Assembly (NCBI GenBank): GCA_035628175.1
Contig: DASPKH010000392.1
Span: forward strand, 1 to 34,320
DNA length: 34,320 bases
From: Patescibacteria group bacterium
GTDB lineage: Bacteria > Bacteroidota > Ignavibacteria > Kapaibacteriales > DASPKH01
Direction of reading: 5' to 3'
How positions within the stretch are numbered: position 1 is the first letter of the stretch; each line of letters opens with the position of its first letter. Shown in pieces: positions 1 to 9,700 of this stretch. The notes under the pieces were generated by a model. That model saw only the letters and a program-made list of their open reading frames with translations. It made no database searches and was not told the DNA's origin. The position numbers and the translations under genes are program-made.

Positions 1-2
1 TG

Positions 3-2282
3 ACATCGACCGAACCTGATAAGAAATCGTTTGCTTTCGACATGTTCCCGTCAGAATTTCTTGAAAACGCTACAGTAACGAAATCCTTTACGCCTGACCT
101 TCCAGGCAATTTTGCGGGCGGACTTGTGCAGCTCAATACAGTTGATTTTCCACAGGGATTTGGTATAAAAGTAAGCGCTTCCTCATCATATAATTCAAAC
201 ACTACATTTCAAAGTGGTGAATTCAATTCATACCAGGGTGGCGCAAATGACTGGATCGGCGTGGACGACGGTACGCGCGCTATGCCGGGGGGCATGCCTG
301 CCTCACGCGATGACATGAATGCACTGCTTCGCTCAATTCGTAATGCAGATAATACTGCCCAGCGCGAACAGTGGATGGCTATGGGGCAATCGTTTAATAC
401 CACCGTATGGAATCGCCAGCAGCTGACAGCTAATCCTAACTCAGGCTTCGGGCTTTCTTTCAGCAATATCTTTAACATTGCCGATAATGACTTGGGCGTG
501 ATCGCTTCGGCAAACTATGGTAACAGCTACAGCATCAACAGGATTGAGCGGAATGGTATTATGGGCGACCGCAGCTTCCTTTTTACAGGTGTGGGGAGCC
601 AGGCAACACGCTCAGTAAGCCTTGGCGGACTTTTAAACCTTGCGTATAAGATCGGCGCGCATTCTTCTATTAGTTTTAAGAACGTATTCAACCGCTCAAG
701 TGATGATGAAACCATAACACTTGCAAAGGTTGATTCCATCCAGCGCCGCGACCTCCAGCTTTCGAGCTTTGAGTTTGTTTCAAAAGAGCTTTTGACATCG
801 CAGCTCGGCGGCGAACACACGCTCCCTCAGGATTTCTTTATGGGCGGTACGCTCCTTGACTGGAGGCTGGGTTACTCAAGATCTACGCGCGACCAGCCGG
901 ATTTTCGCCGTCTTCGCTATTCCCGCGAGCTGGGAATTGAGGATGAGCCATTCCGCGCTGACATCCAGCCGACTGCACAGGGCGATGGAACGTCAGTCGG
1001 GCGCTTCTTCTCAGAGCTAAATGAGAGCGGTTTAGGCGGTGGTGTGAATGCAAGTATTCCTGTGGGTTCTTTAAAATTTAAAGTAGGTGGATTGCTTGAG
1101 CAGAAAGATCGCACATTCAGAGCGCGTTCCTTTACAATTATTCAAAGCCAGGCGGTTGTTCCAAACCAGGATTTCACCGTTGATCTCGCACAATCGCCGG
1201 ACTCGCTGTTCCGCGCTGAGAATTTCAGATTGGACGGGCTTGGTATTTCGGAAGATTCAAAAAGAAGCGATATGTATGATGCTTCAGAAAACCTTTCAGC
1301 AGCATTCCTGATGCTTGATGCACCATTCCAGCTGGGTGGTCTTGACTTTCGCTTTGTCGGTGGTGCGCGTTTCGAAAATAGCACCCAGCGCATCTTTAAT
1401 ACGGCATCTGTAGATAACCGGCCAGTCGATGCTAACCTCACCACAAATGACATTTTGCCTTCAGTGAACCTGATTTACCGCGCTACCGAAGATATGAATA
1501 TCCGTATGTCGGCCTCGCAAACGCTTACACGTCCGTCGCTTCGAGAATTTGCGCCATTTGAATTTTATGACTTCCAGACTCAGGCGCGTATTGGCGGGAA
1601 TCCAAACCTGAATCGTGCGCTTATTCATAACTATGACCTGCGTTTTGAAATCTTCCCGAATATCGGTGAAGTGGTCTCAGCAAGCCTGTTTTATAAAAAC
1701 TTTAAAAACGCTATTGAAGAAACAATTAAACCGACAGGCGGTGGCGAAATAGCACGCACATTTGATAATGCTCAGGGCGATGCAAAAAACTATGGTGTGG
1801 AGCTTGAATTCCGCAAAAGCTTAGGTTTTCTGTCTGAGTACTTCAGTAACTTTATTATTAGTACGAACCTTGCACTTGTAAATTCAGAGATTTCTGTGAT
1901 GCAGGGTGGCGTAGAAGATAAACGCCAGATGTGGGGGCAATCACCATACACACTGAATGCAAGCCTCTTTTTCATCGAGCCGAATTTTAAAACGGCATTC
2001 AGTCTTGGCTATAACACATATGGCCGCCGAATTATCCAGGTAGCGCAGCAGGGTACTCCTGACCAGCCAACATATAACTTTGAAGACCCGCATGTATATG
2101 AGCTTGCTCGTGATGTCATAGATTTCTCGATTGTGCAGCCGATCGCTGATGTAATTGAAGCAAAATTCGTTGTGCGCGATCTTTTAAATCAGCCGCTGAT
2201 ATGGGAGCAGGGCGGAGCGCGTATCGCATCGAACCTGCGCGGCCGCAATTTCAGCATTAGCCTCGGGTACAGGCTTCAATAA
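3..2282 (+). CDS. TonB-dependent outer-membrane receptor, C-terminal ~760 aa (5' end lies outside the window)
   Basis: The frame is open from nt 3 to the window edge (TSTEPDKKSFAFDMFPSEF...), so the ATG at 42 is internal. 'STEPDKK.FAFD.FPS..LEN..V.KSFTPDLPGNFAGGLVQLNT' looks like the plug-to-barrel junction of TonB-dependent receptors. The rest is long G/N/Y/F/R-rich sequence typical of alternating beta strands, ending ...GRNFSISLGYRLQ. Stop TAA at 2280-2282. Confidence 0.85.
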   Translation, partial: TSTEPDKKSFAFDMFPSEFLENATVTKSFTPDLPGNFAGGLVQLNTVDFPQGFGIKVSASSSYNSNTTFQSGEFNSYQGGANDWIGVDDGTRAMPGGMPASRDDMNALLRSIRNADNTAQREQWMAMGQSFNTTVWNRQQLTANPNSGFGLSFSNIFNIADNDLGVIASANYGNSYSINRIERNGIMGDRSFLFTGVGSQATRSVSLGGLLNLAYKIGAHSSISFKNVFNRSSDDETITLAKVDSIQRRDLQLSSFEFVSKELLTSQLGGEHTLPQDFFMGGTLLDWRLGYSRSTRDQPDFRRLRYSRELGIEDEPFRADIQPTAQGDGTSVGRFFSELNESGLGGGVNASIPVGSLKFKVGGLLEQKDRTFRARSFTIIQSQAVVPNQDFTVDLAQSPDSLFRAENFRLDGLGISEDSKRSDMYDASENLSAAFLMLDAPFQLGGLDFRFVGGARFENSTQRIFNTASVDNRPVDANLTTNDILPSVNLIYRATEDMNIRMSASQTLTRPSLREFAPFEFYDFQTQARIGGNPNLNRALIHNYDLRFEIFPNIGEVVSASLFYKNFKNAIEETIKPTGGGEIARTFDNAQGDAKNYGVELEFRKSLGFLSEYFSNFIISTNLALVNSEISVMQGGVEDKRQMWGQSPYTLNASLFFIEPNFKTAFSLGYNTYGRRIIQVAQQGTPDQPTYNFEDPHVYELARDVIDFSIVQPIADVIEAKFVVRDLLNQPLIWEQGGARIASNLRGRNFSISLGYRLQ

Positions 2283-2373
2283 AAAGAGCCGGCTTTTCAA
2301 GCAATCGTCTCTTTTAAAGGACAATATTACCATTGAAACAAACGAAATCAATCTTTTTAAAACTTTTAAAGGA

Positions 2374-5300
2374 ATGAAGCAGATGAAGAAACTTCTTCTC
2401 TCTCTTGCAACCTTTGTATGCGCTGCAGTGGCAGCGTACGCACAGCCGTCATCGGTCACGCTTGTAGCTCCGAATGGCCCTGCAACTCTCCGCGCAGGTA
2501 CTTCCGTGGATATCCGCTGGGTAGCTACCGACTGGGGGACAGTAAAAACAGCAAACTGGAGATTCCAGTATCGAGACAATATCAATGCTGACTGGGTAGA
2601 CCTGAAAGATAGGAACGGTTCAGTTTATGTACGAGCTTCAGACACAAGCGCTGGTGGGGCTGCTACGTTTGCCGGTGGTTTTCGGGTCCCGGGTCAATCT
2701 ACATTCACGGGATATGTCCGCGTAGTACTTCAGAATGCAGATGGCACATTAAATACTACAATTTCTGATGATAATGATGTTCCATTTACAATTCAACAGC
2801 CGGAAACAACAAAAATTGACTCGGTGTTAAAGGGCAATATTACAGGTACAGTTACTCTTAGCTCAAGTAAAATCTATGGTCTTGATGGCTATGTATTCGT
2901 AGAGGACGGTGCAACTCTTCGGATTGAGCCGGGTACAATTGTTGTTGGAGGCCAAGTTGGTACCAACTCGGCACTTTGTATCAATCGTGGCGGAAAGATC
3001 TATGCTAAAGGTACAAAGCTCCGCCCGATTATTTTCACAAGTTCAGCCAAACCGGGTGAGCGTGCGGCAGGAGACTGGGGCGGTATCCTTATGTGTGGTC
3101 GCGCCCGTATTAATACAGCCGGTGGAGAAGCCGCGCTTGAGGGCGGTATCGCAGAGCCATCATCCAGCAGCACAAAACGTGGCTGGTACGGCGGTAATGA
3201 CGATAATGATTCAAGTGGTGTACTTGAATATGTTCGTATTGAATTTGCTGGTATCGCTGCCTTTGCTAATGAAGAACTGAATTCATTAACTATGGGTGGC
3301 GTTGGCCGTAGAACTGTTTTAAATTACATTCAGTGCTCCTACGGAAATGATGATGCATTTGAGTGGTTTGGGGGTACTGTCAATGCAAAGCACCTTATTG
3401 CTATAGCAACTCTTGATGATGATTTTGATGCTGATTTCGGCTATAGCGGAAAAGTGCAGTTTGCCCTTTCTCAGCGCCATCGTCAAACAGCAGACGCCTC
3501 GACAAGCCAGACATTCGAGTCAGATAACAATGGAACAGGTACAGAAGCTACACCATATACACAGGCGCTATTTTCAAACGTAACGGCTATTGGCCCGGTA
3601 CAGGATACATCGTGGACTACTGGCACTGCAGCTAATCAGTTCAATCGTAACTTCGGCGCGGCAGCACAGATCCGCCGTAACTCACGTCTTTCCATCTTTA
3701 ATTCATTGTTCGTAGGCTGGCCGGCAGGAATTGAGATCCTCAATAACACGGCGCGCGCTGCAATGAACGACTCCATGCAACTCCGTAATAATACATGGAT
3801 CGGTGTAAAACGGGTGTGGAGAAGCAATCCTCCTGCAAATACGATTACTACAGCATGGATTGAAACACCCGCATTTGGCAATTTTGTTTTAAATCAGGCA
3901 GGTAATCTTACTTCATGGTCCGGACTTGAACTGCCATTTGTGTTTGATAGCCCGACATTTAATCCAAAACCAACACCAGATGCACAGTTTTTAAATAATC
4001 TAACATCCTTTGTTCAGACGAATATGGCCGTGCCTATCGCTGACCCATTCTTTGAAAAAGTAAGCTACCGCGGAGCCTTTGATCCTAATGAAGAGCGTTG
4101 GGATATGGGCTGGACAGAATATGATCCAAAAAATGCAGTGTACACAGCGCTTTCTGCAATTCCAACTGGTGTAACACTTGTTTCACCAAAAGGGGGTGAT
4201 GTACTCACTGTTGGCCAGACAGCATCCCTCAAATGGATAACAAATTGGGGTACAAACACATCCGCAAACTTTAAATTCCAGTTTGGTCAGACGGCTACAG
4301 GCCCATGGACAGATATTGTGGTCAATGGAATTACCCTTACAGCATCGGCTACCTCAGCACATGATACCGCTACGTTTGCGGGATTTGTTGTGCCGAATAC
4401 CCCAACAACATCTGGCTTTATCCGAGTCGTACTTTTAAACGCTGATAATACAGTAAATGAAATGATATCGGACGCAAATGATGCCGCTTTTGAAATTAAA
4501 GCTGCCGCACAGCCAACAGTAACACTTATTTCACCTAAAGGTGGCGATGTATTGCGCGCGGGTACTTCTGTAGATATCAGCTGGAATGCTACCTATGCCG
4601 ATGGCCAGACAAGCAGTCTCTGGAGATTCCAGTTCAGCGATGGTGCTAATGGGCCATGGCAGGACTTAAAGGACAGGAATGGAAAGATCTATGTTCGCTC
4701 TTCAAATGCAGGAACTGGTAGCTTTGCTGCAGGTTTCCGCGTCCCGGCGGTGCAAACGACAAATGGCTTCCTTCGCATTGTCCGTGCTAATCCGGCTGAT
4801 AGCAGCTTGGACATAACGATGATGGACATGAATGATGCACCGTTTACGATTATCCGTCCTGAAGCAGTGGTAGCAGATTCAGTTCTTGAAGGTTCTATTA
4901 CCGGTAATATATCGCTTGTAAATACAAAGATCTATGCTTTGAAAGGATATGTATATGTCGAAAATGGCGCAACGCTGAATATCCAGCCGGGCACCATTAT
5001 TCTGGGTGACCAGGTCGGTGAAAACTCGGCGCTGTGTATCAACCGTGGTGGAAAAATCTACGCCAAAGGCACACGCCAGCTGCCGATCATCTTTACCAGC
5101 TCGGCACGTCCGGGCGAGCGCGCAGCAGGCGACTGGGGCGGCATCCTTATCTGCGGGCGCGCTACAATCAATTCTCCGGGTGGCGAAGCTTCTCTTGAAG
5201 GTGGTATAGCCGACGCAGCAAAAGTGAAAGGCTGGTACGGTGGTAATGATGACAATGATTCAAGCGGCGTTCTCGAGTATGTTCGTATTGAATTTGCCGG

Positions 5301-6507
5301 TATCGCAGCTTTTGCTAATGAGGAATTAAATTCACTTACTCTTGGTGGCGTTGGAAGTAGAACTGTCATTAATCACGTGCAGGCATCCTATAATAATGAT
5401 GATGCATTCGAGTGGTTTGGCGGTACGGTAAATGCAAAACACATTATTGCATATCGCACGCTTGATGATGATTTTGATACTGACTTTGGATTCCGGGGAA
5501 AAGTACAGTTTGCAATAGCAAAACGCGACCCTAAAGTTGCAGATCAGTCTACAAGTCAGCATTTTGAGTCTGACAATAATAGCCAGGGTACGGAAGCGAC
5601 CCCATACACGCACCCAATCTTTTCAAATATAACAGGTATCGGCCCTGTAGAGGACATGACCTGGACGTCAGGTAATAACCAGTATAGCTCACGGTTTGGT
5701 TCGGCTATTCAGATCCGCCGTAACTCACGCATGTCTCTGTTTAACTCAGTATTTGTAGGCTGGCCGTCAGGTATCCAGATTCTCAACAATTCAACACGCG
5801 CAGCTTTAAACGATTCACTACAGGTTAAAAACAACTCATGGTTTGGAGTAAAAACTGTGTGGGGGGGTACTGCTCCTGCTGATAATGTTCAGTCGCTCCT
5901 TACAAATTCTGCAGCAGCAAATGAAGTGATAATGTCAACGGGTAATCCAAATAATGATGCCAAACTTGTCAACCCGTTCCTGATGTATGACAACAGTGAA
6001 TTAGGATTTGATCCACGCCCACAGGCTGATGCAAACTTTTTAAACACAGCATCATTTATAAAAACAGGCAATATTGTTGCAATTGATGATGAATTCTTTG
6101 AAAAAGTAAGCTACCGTGGCGCTTTTGCTACAGGCGGCGAAGTTTCTGCACGCTGGGATAAAGGCTGGACGCACTATGATCCGGTAAACGCTGTATATGC
6201 TGCTCAGAAGCCACTTGGTATAGCAGAGGACATAGCCGCAGCAGAAACACTTACGATAGGTGCATATCCAAATCCGGCACAGGTTACAACAACGATCAGC
6301 TACTATCTGCCAACATCAGGCAATGTGACTATCCGGGTTTTTGATGCACTTGGCACATTAAACTCAACATATATTGAAAATGTACACCAGCTCGACGGAT
6401 ATTATGACTTTAACCTGAATACATCCAACCTTGCAAACGGTATGTATTTCGTACAGGTCATCACTCCGACCGGCATTGCTACACAATCAGTGAATGTACT
6501 TCGCTAA
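2374..6507 (+). CDS. 1377-aa secreted surface protein of unknown function: two copies of an Ig-like domain plus a beta-helix-like core, with a T9SS C-terminal sorting domain
   Basis: Uninterrupted 4.1-kb ORF. Signal peptide MKQMKKLLLSLATFVCAAVAAYA|QP. Conserved core motifs occur twice (GDWGGIL.CGRA, WYGGNDDNDSSGVLEYVRIEFAGIAAFANEELNSLT, NDDAFEWFGGTVNAKH, DDDFD.DFG..GKVQFA, ESDNN..GTEATPYT). The C-terminus YPNPAQVTTTISYYLP...GMYFVQVITPTGIATQSVNVLR is a type-A T9SS CTD. It lies 91 nt downstream of the TonB-dependent receptor gene with no terminator between them. Confidence 0.9.
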   Translation: MKQMKKLLLSLATFVCAAVAAYAQPSSVTLVAPNGPATLRAGTSVDIRWVATDWGTVKTANWRFQYRDNINADWVDLKDRNGSVYVRASDTSAGGAATFAGGFRVPGQSTFTGYVRVVLQNADGTLNTTISDDNDVPFTIQQPETTKIDSVLKGNITGTVTLSSSKIYGLDGYVFVEDGATLRIEPGTIVVGGQVGTNSALCINRGGKIYAKGTKLRPIIFTSSAKPGERAAGDWGGILMCGRARINTAGGEAALEGGIAEPSSSSTKRGWYGGNDDNDSSGVLEYVRIEFAGIAAFANEELNSLTMGGVGRRTVLNYIQCSYGNDDAFEWFGGTVNAKHLIAIATLDDDFDADFGYSGKVQFALSQRHRQTADASTSQTFESDNNGTGTEATPYTQALFSNVTAIGPVQDTSWTTGTAANQFNRNFGAAAQIRRNSRLSIFNSLFVGWPAGIEILNNTARAAMNDSMQLRNNTWIGVKRVWRSNPPANTITTAWIETPAFGNFVLNQAGNLTSWSGLELPFVFDSPTFNPKPTPDAQFLNNLTSFVQTNMAVPIADPFFEKVSYRGAFDPNEERWDMGWTEYDPKNAVYTALSAIPTGVTLVSPKGGDVLTVGQTASLKWITNWGTNTSANFKFQFGQTATGPWTDIVVNGITLTASATSAHDTATFAGFVVPNTPTTSGFIRVVLLNADNTVNEMISDANDAAFEIKAAAQPTVTLISPKGGDVLRAGTSVDISWNATYADGQTSSLWRFQFSDGANGPWQDLKDRNGKIYVRSSNAGTGSFAAGFRVPAVQTTNGFLRIVRANPADSSLDITMMDMNDAPFTIIRPEAVVADSVLEGSITGNISLVNTKIYALKGYVYVENGATLNIQPGTIILGDQVGENSALCINRGGKIYAKGTRQLPIIFTSSARPGERAAGDWGGILICGRATINSPGGEASLEGGIADAAKVKGWYGGNDDNDSSGVLEYVRIEFAGIAAFANEELNSLTLGGVGSRTVINHVQASYNNDDAFEWFGGTVNAKHIIAYRTLDDDFDTDFGFRGKVQFAIAKRDPKVADQSTSQHFESDNNSQGTEATPYTHPIFSNITGIGPVEDMTWTSGNNQYSSRFGSAIQIRRNSRMSLFNSVFVGWPSGIQILNNSTRAALNDSLQVKNNSWFGVKTVWGGTAPADNVQSLLTNSAAANEVIMSTGNPNNDAKLVNPFLMYDNSELGFDPRPQADANFLNTASFIKTGNIVAIDDEFFEKVSYRGAFATGGEVSARWDKGWTHYDPVNAVYAAQKPLGIAEDIAAAETLTIGAYPNPAQVTTTISYYLPTSGNVTIRVFDALGTLNSTYIENVHQLDGYYDFNLNTSNLANGMYFVQVITPTGIATQSVNVLR
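2443..6240 (+). repeat. Intragenic tandem duplication: module A 2443-4170 and module B 4510-6240, separated by an extra Ig-like domain (4171-4509)
   Basis: Module A (aa 24-599) and module B (aa 713-~1289) align end to end. By eye the cores are roughly three-quarters identical at protein level, with a 39-aa identical run (WYGGNDDNDSSGVLEYVRIEFAGIAAFANEELNSLT...). The nucleotide copies (compare 3181-3320 with 5231-5370) differ mainly at synonymous positions, so the duplication is old and both copies are under purifying selection. Confidence 0.85.
6250..6504 (+). other. T9SS type-A C-terminal sorting domain of the 2374-6507 protein
   Basis: LTIGAYPNPAQVTTTISYYLPTSGNVTIRVFDALG...NLANGMYFVQVITPTGIATQSVNVLR. 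It has the canonical (Y/F)PNP start, a beta-sandwich pattern, and a G.Y...V motif near the end. Confidence 0.85.
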
Positions 6508-6546
6508 AAGTTTTAAGAACTTTAGTTTTTTTTAAGAAATAATAAA

Positions 6547-6577
6547 GGGAATGCTTTTAAAAAGCATTCCCTTTTTT
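6547..6577 (+). terminator. Rho-independent terminator after the 2374-6507 gene
   Basis: GGGAATGC (6547-6554) / GCATTCCC (6564-6571) form a perfect 8-bp stem, which can extend through TTTT/AAAA. It is followed by TTTTTT (6572-6577). TTTTAAAA sits at the hairpin apex (6555-6562). Confidence 0.8.
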
Positions 6578-6678
6578 GTTCTAAAAAGATTCTTAAGAAA
6601 TTTTTAAAAGAAAATTTGGTGGGATATATTTTAACGGTATTTTTAAAGACGCTAGCTTTTAAAAGTATTTACGAAAGC

Positions 6679-6723
6679 ATAATATCGTGGCAATGTTGCG
6701 ATAATATCGTTTAGCGAACTTTG
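6679..6723 (+). promoter_or_regulatory. Candidate promoter of the 6766 gene: direct repeat ATAATATCG x2 plus a GAACTTTG -7-like box
   Basis: ATAATATCG occurs at 6679-6687 and 6701-6709, exactly 22 nt apart. GAACTTTG at 6716-6723 resembles the Bacteroidota sigma-A -7 element TAnnTTTG. It lies 43 nt upstream of ATG 6766. An AAGG purine patch sits about 8 nt before the ATG. Confidence 0.5.
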
Positions 6724-6765
6724 CGAATTGAAAAAACCGTTTTTTTGTTTTACAAAAGGCAACAC

Positions 6766-9700
6766 ATGAACTTTTCTTCGCTTTTGAATTCTTTTAAAAA
6801 AACTGTCTCACTTGCATTTGGTGCGGCGCTTTTCCTTTCCGGTACTATAGTCGAAGCGCAGCAGAGTGCGCGCTCGATGCAGCTCGTCGGGCGATATTCT
6901 ACGGGACTGTATAATGTTGGAGCGGCTGAAATCGTAGCGCACGACCCGCAAGCGCAACGTTTATTTATGGTGAGCGCTATTGCGGCGCAGGTGCAGATTC
7001 TTGATATTAAAAATCCTGCAAATCCTGTACTGATAGGCAATATCAACCTCACGTCCTACGGCGCAGGCGTTAATTCCGTCGCTGTGAAAAATGGCGTTGT
7101 AGCAGTAGCTGTCGAAAGCGCTGTGCGCGAGACCAACGGCAAGGTCGTGTTCTTTACAACGAACGGACAGTTTTTAAAAGAAGTGACAGTGGGCGCGCTG
7201 CCGGATATGGTGGTATTTACACCTGACGGCAGATACGTGCTGACGGCAAACGAAGGCGAGCCAAACGCCGCATACACGGTTGACCCGGAAGGCACAGTTT
7301 CCGTTATCAATATCAGCAATGGCGTTGCTAATGCGACAGTACAAAACGCAGGATTTTCGCGCTGGAATTCCGCAAAGGATTCGCTGATGGCGGTGGGCAT
7401 CCGCATTTTTGGGCCGAATGCAACCGTGGCACAGGACATTGAGCCGGAATATATCACTATTTTCGAGGACAGCAAAACCGCGTACGTCACGCTCCAGGAG
7501 AATAATGCAGTTGCGAAAGTTGATATTGCGACAGCGACCGTTTTGGAAATTCAGCCGCTGGGTTTAAAAGACCACAGCATCGGATTGCCACGAGTACAGA
7601 ACTTTGAATTCACCGATCGTCCAGTCATCGGTACAACGACTGGCGGACAGCAGATTAAGCTTGGAGGTTTTTCTGGTTTATTTTTTGAAGGAATCGCGCC
7701 GAATGGCAATTTAAAATTCATCACACATGGCGACCGCGGGCCAAACGGCGAACCTACAACAATTAATGGAATTACAAGTGCCCGTCCGTTTGCGCTGCCG
7801 AATTATCAGGCCCGGCTTACAAGGTTCGAGCTGAATAAATCAACCGGTGCGATGAATGTAACGCAGACGATATTTTTAAAAAGAGCTGATGGCACAACGC
7901 CAATTAGCGGTTTGCCAAACCTACAGGCTGGAGCAAATAATACGGCGTACACGGATGAAATCCCAGTCGACCTTTTTGGCAATCGCCTTCAGAATGACCC
8001 GATGGGCGCTGATCTTGAGGGAATTGCTATTGATGCAGCGGGCAATTTCTGGCTGTGCGACGAATATCGCCCGGCGATTTATAAATTCAATTCTTCCGGC
8101 ACACTTTTAAAACGATTTGTTCCCGCTGGAACGGCGGCTTCTGTTGGCCAGCCGCTTGGCACTTTTGGCGATGAAAAGCTTCCTGCGGTCTATGCGCGCC
8201 GACGCGCGAACCGTGGTTTTGAGGCAATCGCCATGCAGGGAAATAAAGTGTATGCTTTTATCCAAAGCCCAATTGACAATCCCGATAATGGCACCGACGC
8301 AACGTCGAAAACTTCCGGCAACCTTCGTATTCTGGAATTTGACATGACGACAGAAACCGTGGTAGGCGAATATCTCTACCCGATTTTTGACTGGAAAAAC
8401 GAAGTGGATAAAATCGGTGATGCAGTTTCTATTGGCAACGGGAAATTCATGGTTATTGAGCGCGATTCTAAAGTGGGGAGTGATGCGCGCAAATACATGT
8501 TTGAAATGAACCTGCTCGGCGCGACTAACCTTCTGACTAGTCCGCCCGTCTTAAACGGCAACGAAACAATCGAAAACCTGACGCTTTCGCAGTTGTATGC
8601 AAAGGGTGTTCGCCCTGTTTTTAAAAGAAAAGTTTTAAACGTGCCGTCGCTCGGCTACACAGGCAATGACAAAATTGAGGGGCTGGCGCAAATTGACTCG
8701 GTAACGTATGCAGTCATCAATGACAATGATTTTGGCTTAAATGCCGCACCGATAGCAGGCAATGGAAGCATTTCACTCGCAGCGGAAGGTGGGCCGATCA
8801 TTTTGGGCCTTATCAAATTTGATATTCCAAACGGCCTCGATGCAAGCGACCGTGACAGCACATCGTCCATCGGAAAAATCAATATCCGCAATTGGCCTGC
8901 CTTCGGTATGTATATGCCGGATGCAATTACCTCGTTCACAACGGGCGGCAAAACATATTACGTAACGGCAAATGAAGGCGATGCACGTGAATATTCTGCT
9001 TTCGCTGAAGAAGCCCGTATAGGTGCGAACAGTATAATTTTAGACCCTATAGCATTCCCGAATGCTGCTTCTTTAAAAAATAACGCAAATCTTGGCCGCC
9101 TGAATACAACATTCGCTGGAGGAGATATTGACGGTGACGGCGATAAGGATATGCTCCTAGCTTTTGGTGGGCGTTCATTCTCGATTCGTGATGAAAATGG
9201 TAACCTTGTGTTTGACTCGGGTTCTGATTTTGAAACGCGCACCGCCCAGCTTTTCCCGCAGTTTTTCAATGTCAGCAACTCTAATAATAATTTTGATAGC
9301 CGCAGCTCTGCCAAAGGGCCGGAGCCGGAAGGTGTGGCTATAGGAAAAATCGGCATCAGCACGTTTGCATTTATTGGCCTGGAGCGTGTGGGTGGTGTGA
9401 TGATGTATGATGTCACGAATCCCCTTCAACCGCGTTTTGTGGATTATATTAATTCACGTGATTTTACAAAAGCAACATCAATTACAGTCAATAATGCAAC
9501 GGTATCAAACCCGGCAGCGGGAGATCTCGGGCCAGAAGGACTGATATTTATTTCTGAAAAAGAAAGTCCGACAGGCCGCGCCATGATCATTGTGGCAAAT
9601 GAGATAAGTGGCACAGTTTCTTTTTATGAATTCCAGTCACCGAGATTCACTATACAACCACGCTCGGCGTATATCTGCGCGGGACGTCACATTCAGCTGC

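Noticed and set aside
42-44. ATG at 42 as the start of the first CDS
   Set aside because: The frame is open back to nt 3, and the preceding residues (TSTEPDKKSFAFD) continue the receptor plug domain. The gene is truncated by the window edge.
2287-2294. Palindrome AGCCGGCT followed by TTTT just after the receptor stop codon, considered as a terminator
   Set aside because: It is a 4-bp stem with no loop, which cannot form a stable hairpin. The receptor and the 2374 gene are more likely co-transcribed.
2184-2585. Minus-strand 133-aa ORF bridging the receptor / 2374 gene junction
   Set aside because: It overlaps the 3' end of the receptor gene and the 5' end (signal peptide) of the 2374 gene. 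It has no recognisable features and is a shadow ORF.
6721-6765. The TTG start at 6721 used by the ORF track for the 1506-aa version of the 6766 gene
   Set aside because: The extra 15 aa (MRIEKTVFLFYKRQH) precede a complete signal peptide that starts at ATG 6766. The TTG lies inside the GAACTTTG promoter-like box (6716-6723). ATG 6766 is the better start.
9118-9160. GGDIDGDGDKDMLL (and DFDGDGKPDKLW at ~22650-22690) as dockerin modules matching the cohesin-like domain at 33553-33947
   Set aside because: These are single DxDxDG calcium-loop motifs embedded in beta-propeller blades (FG-GAP/EF-hand-like). They are not the duplicated 22-aa segments of a dockerin.
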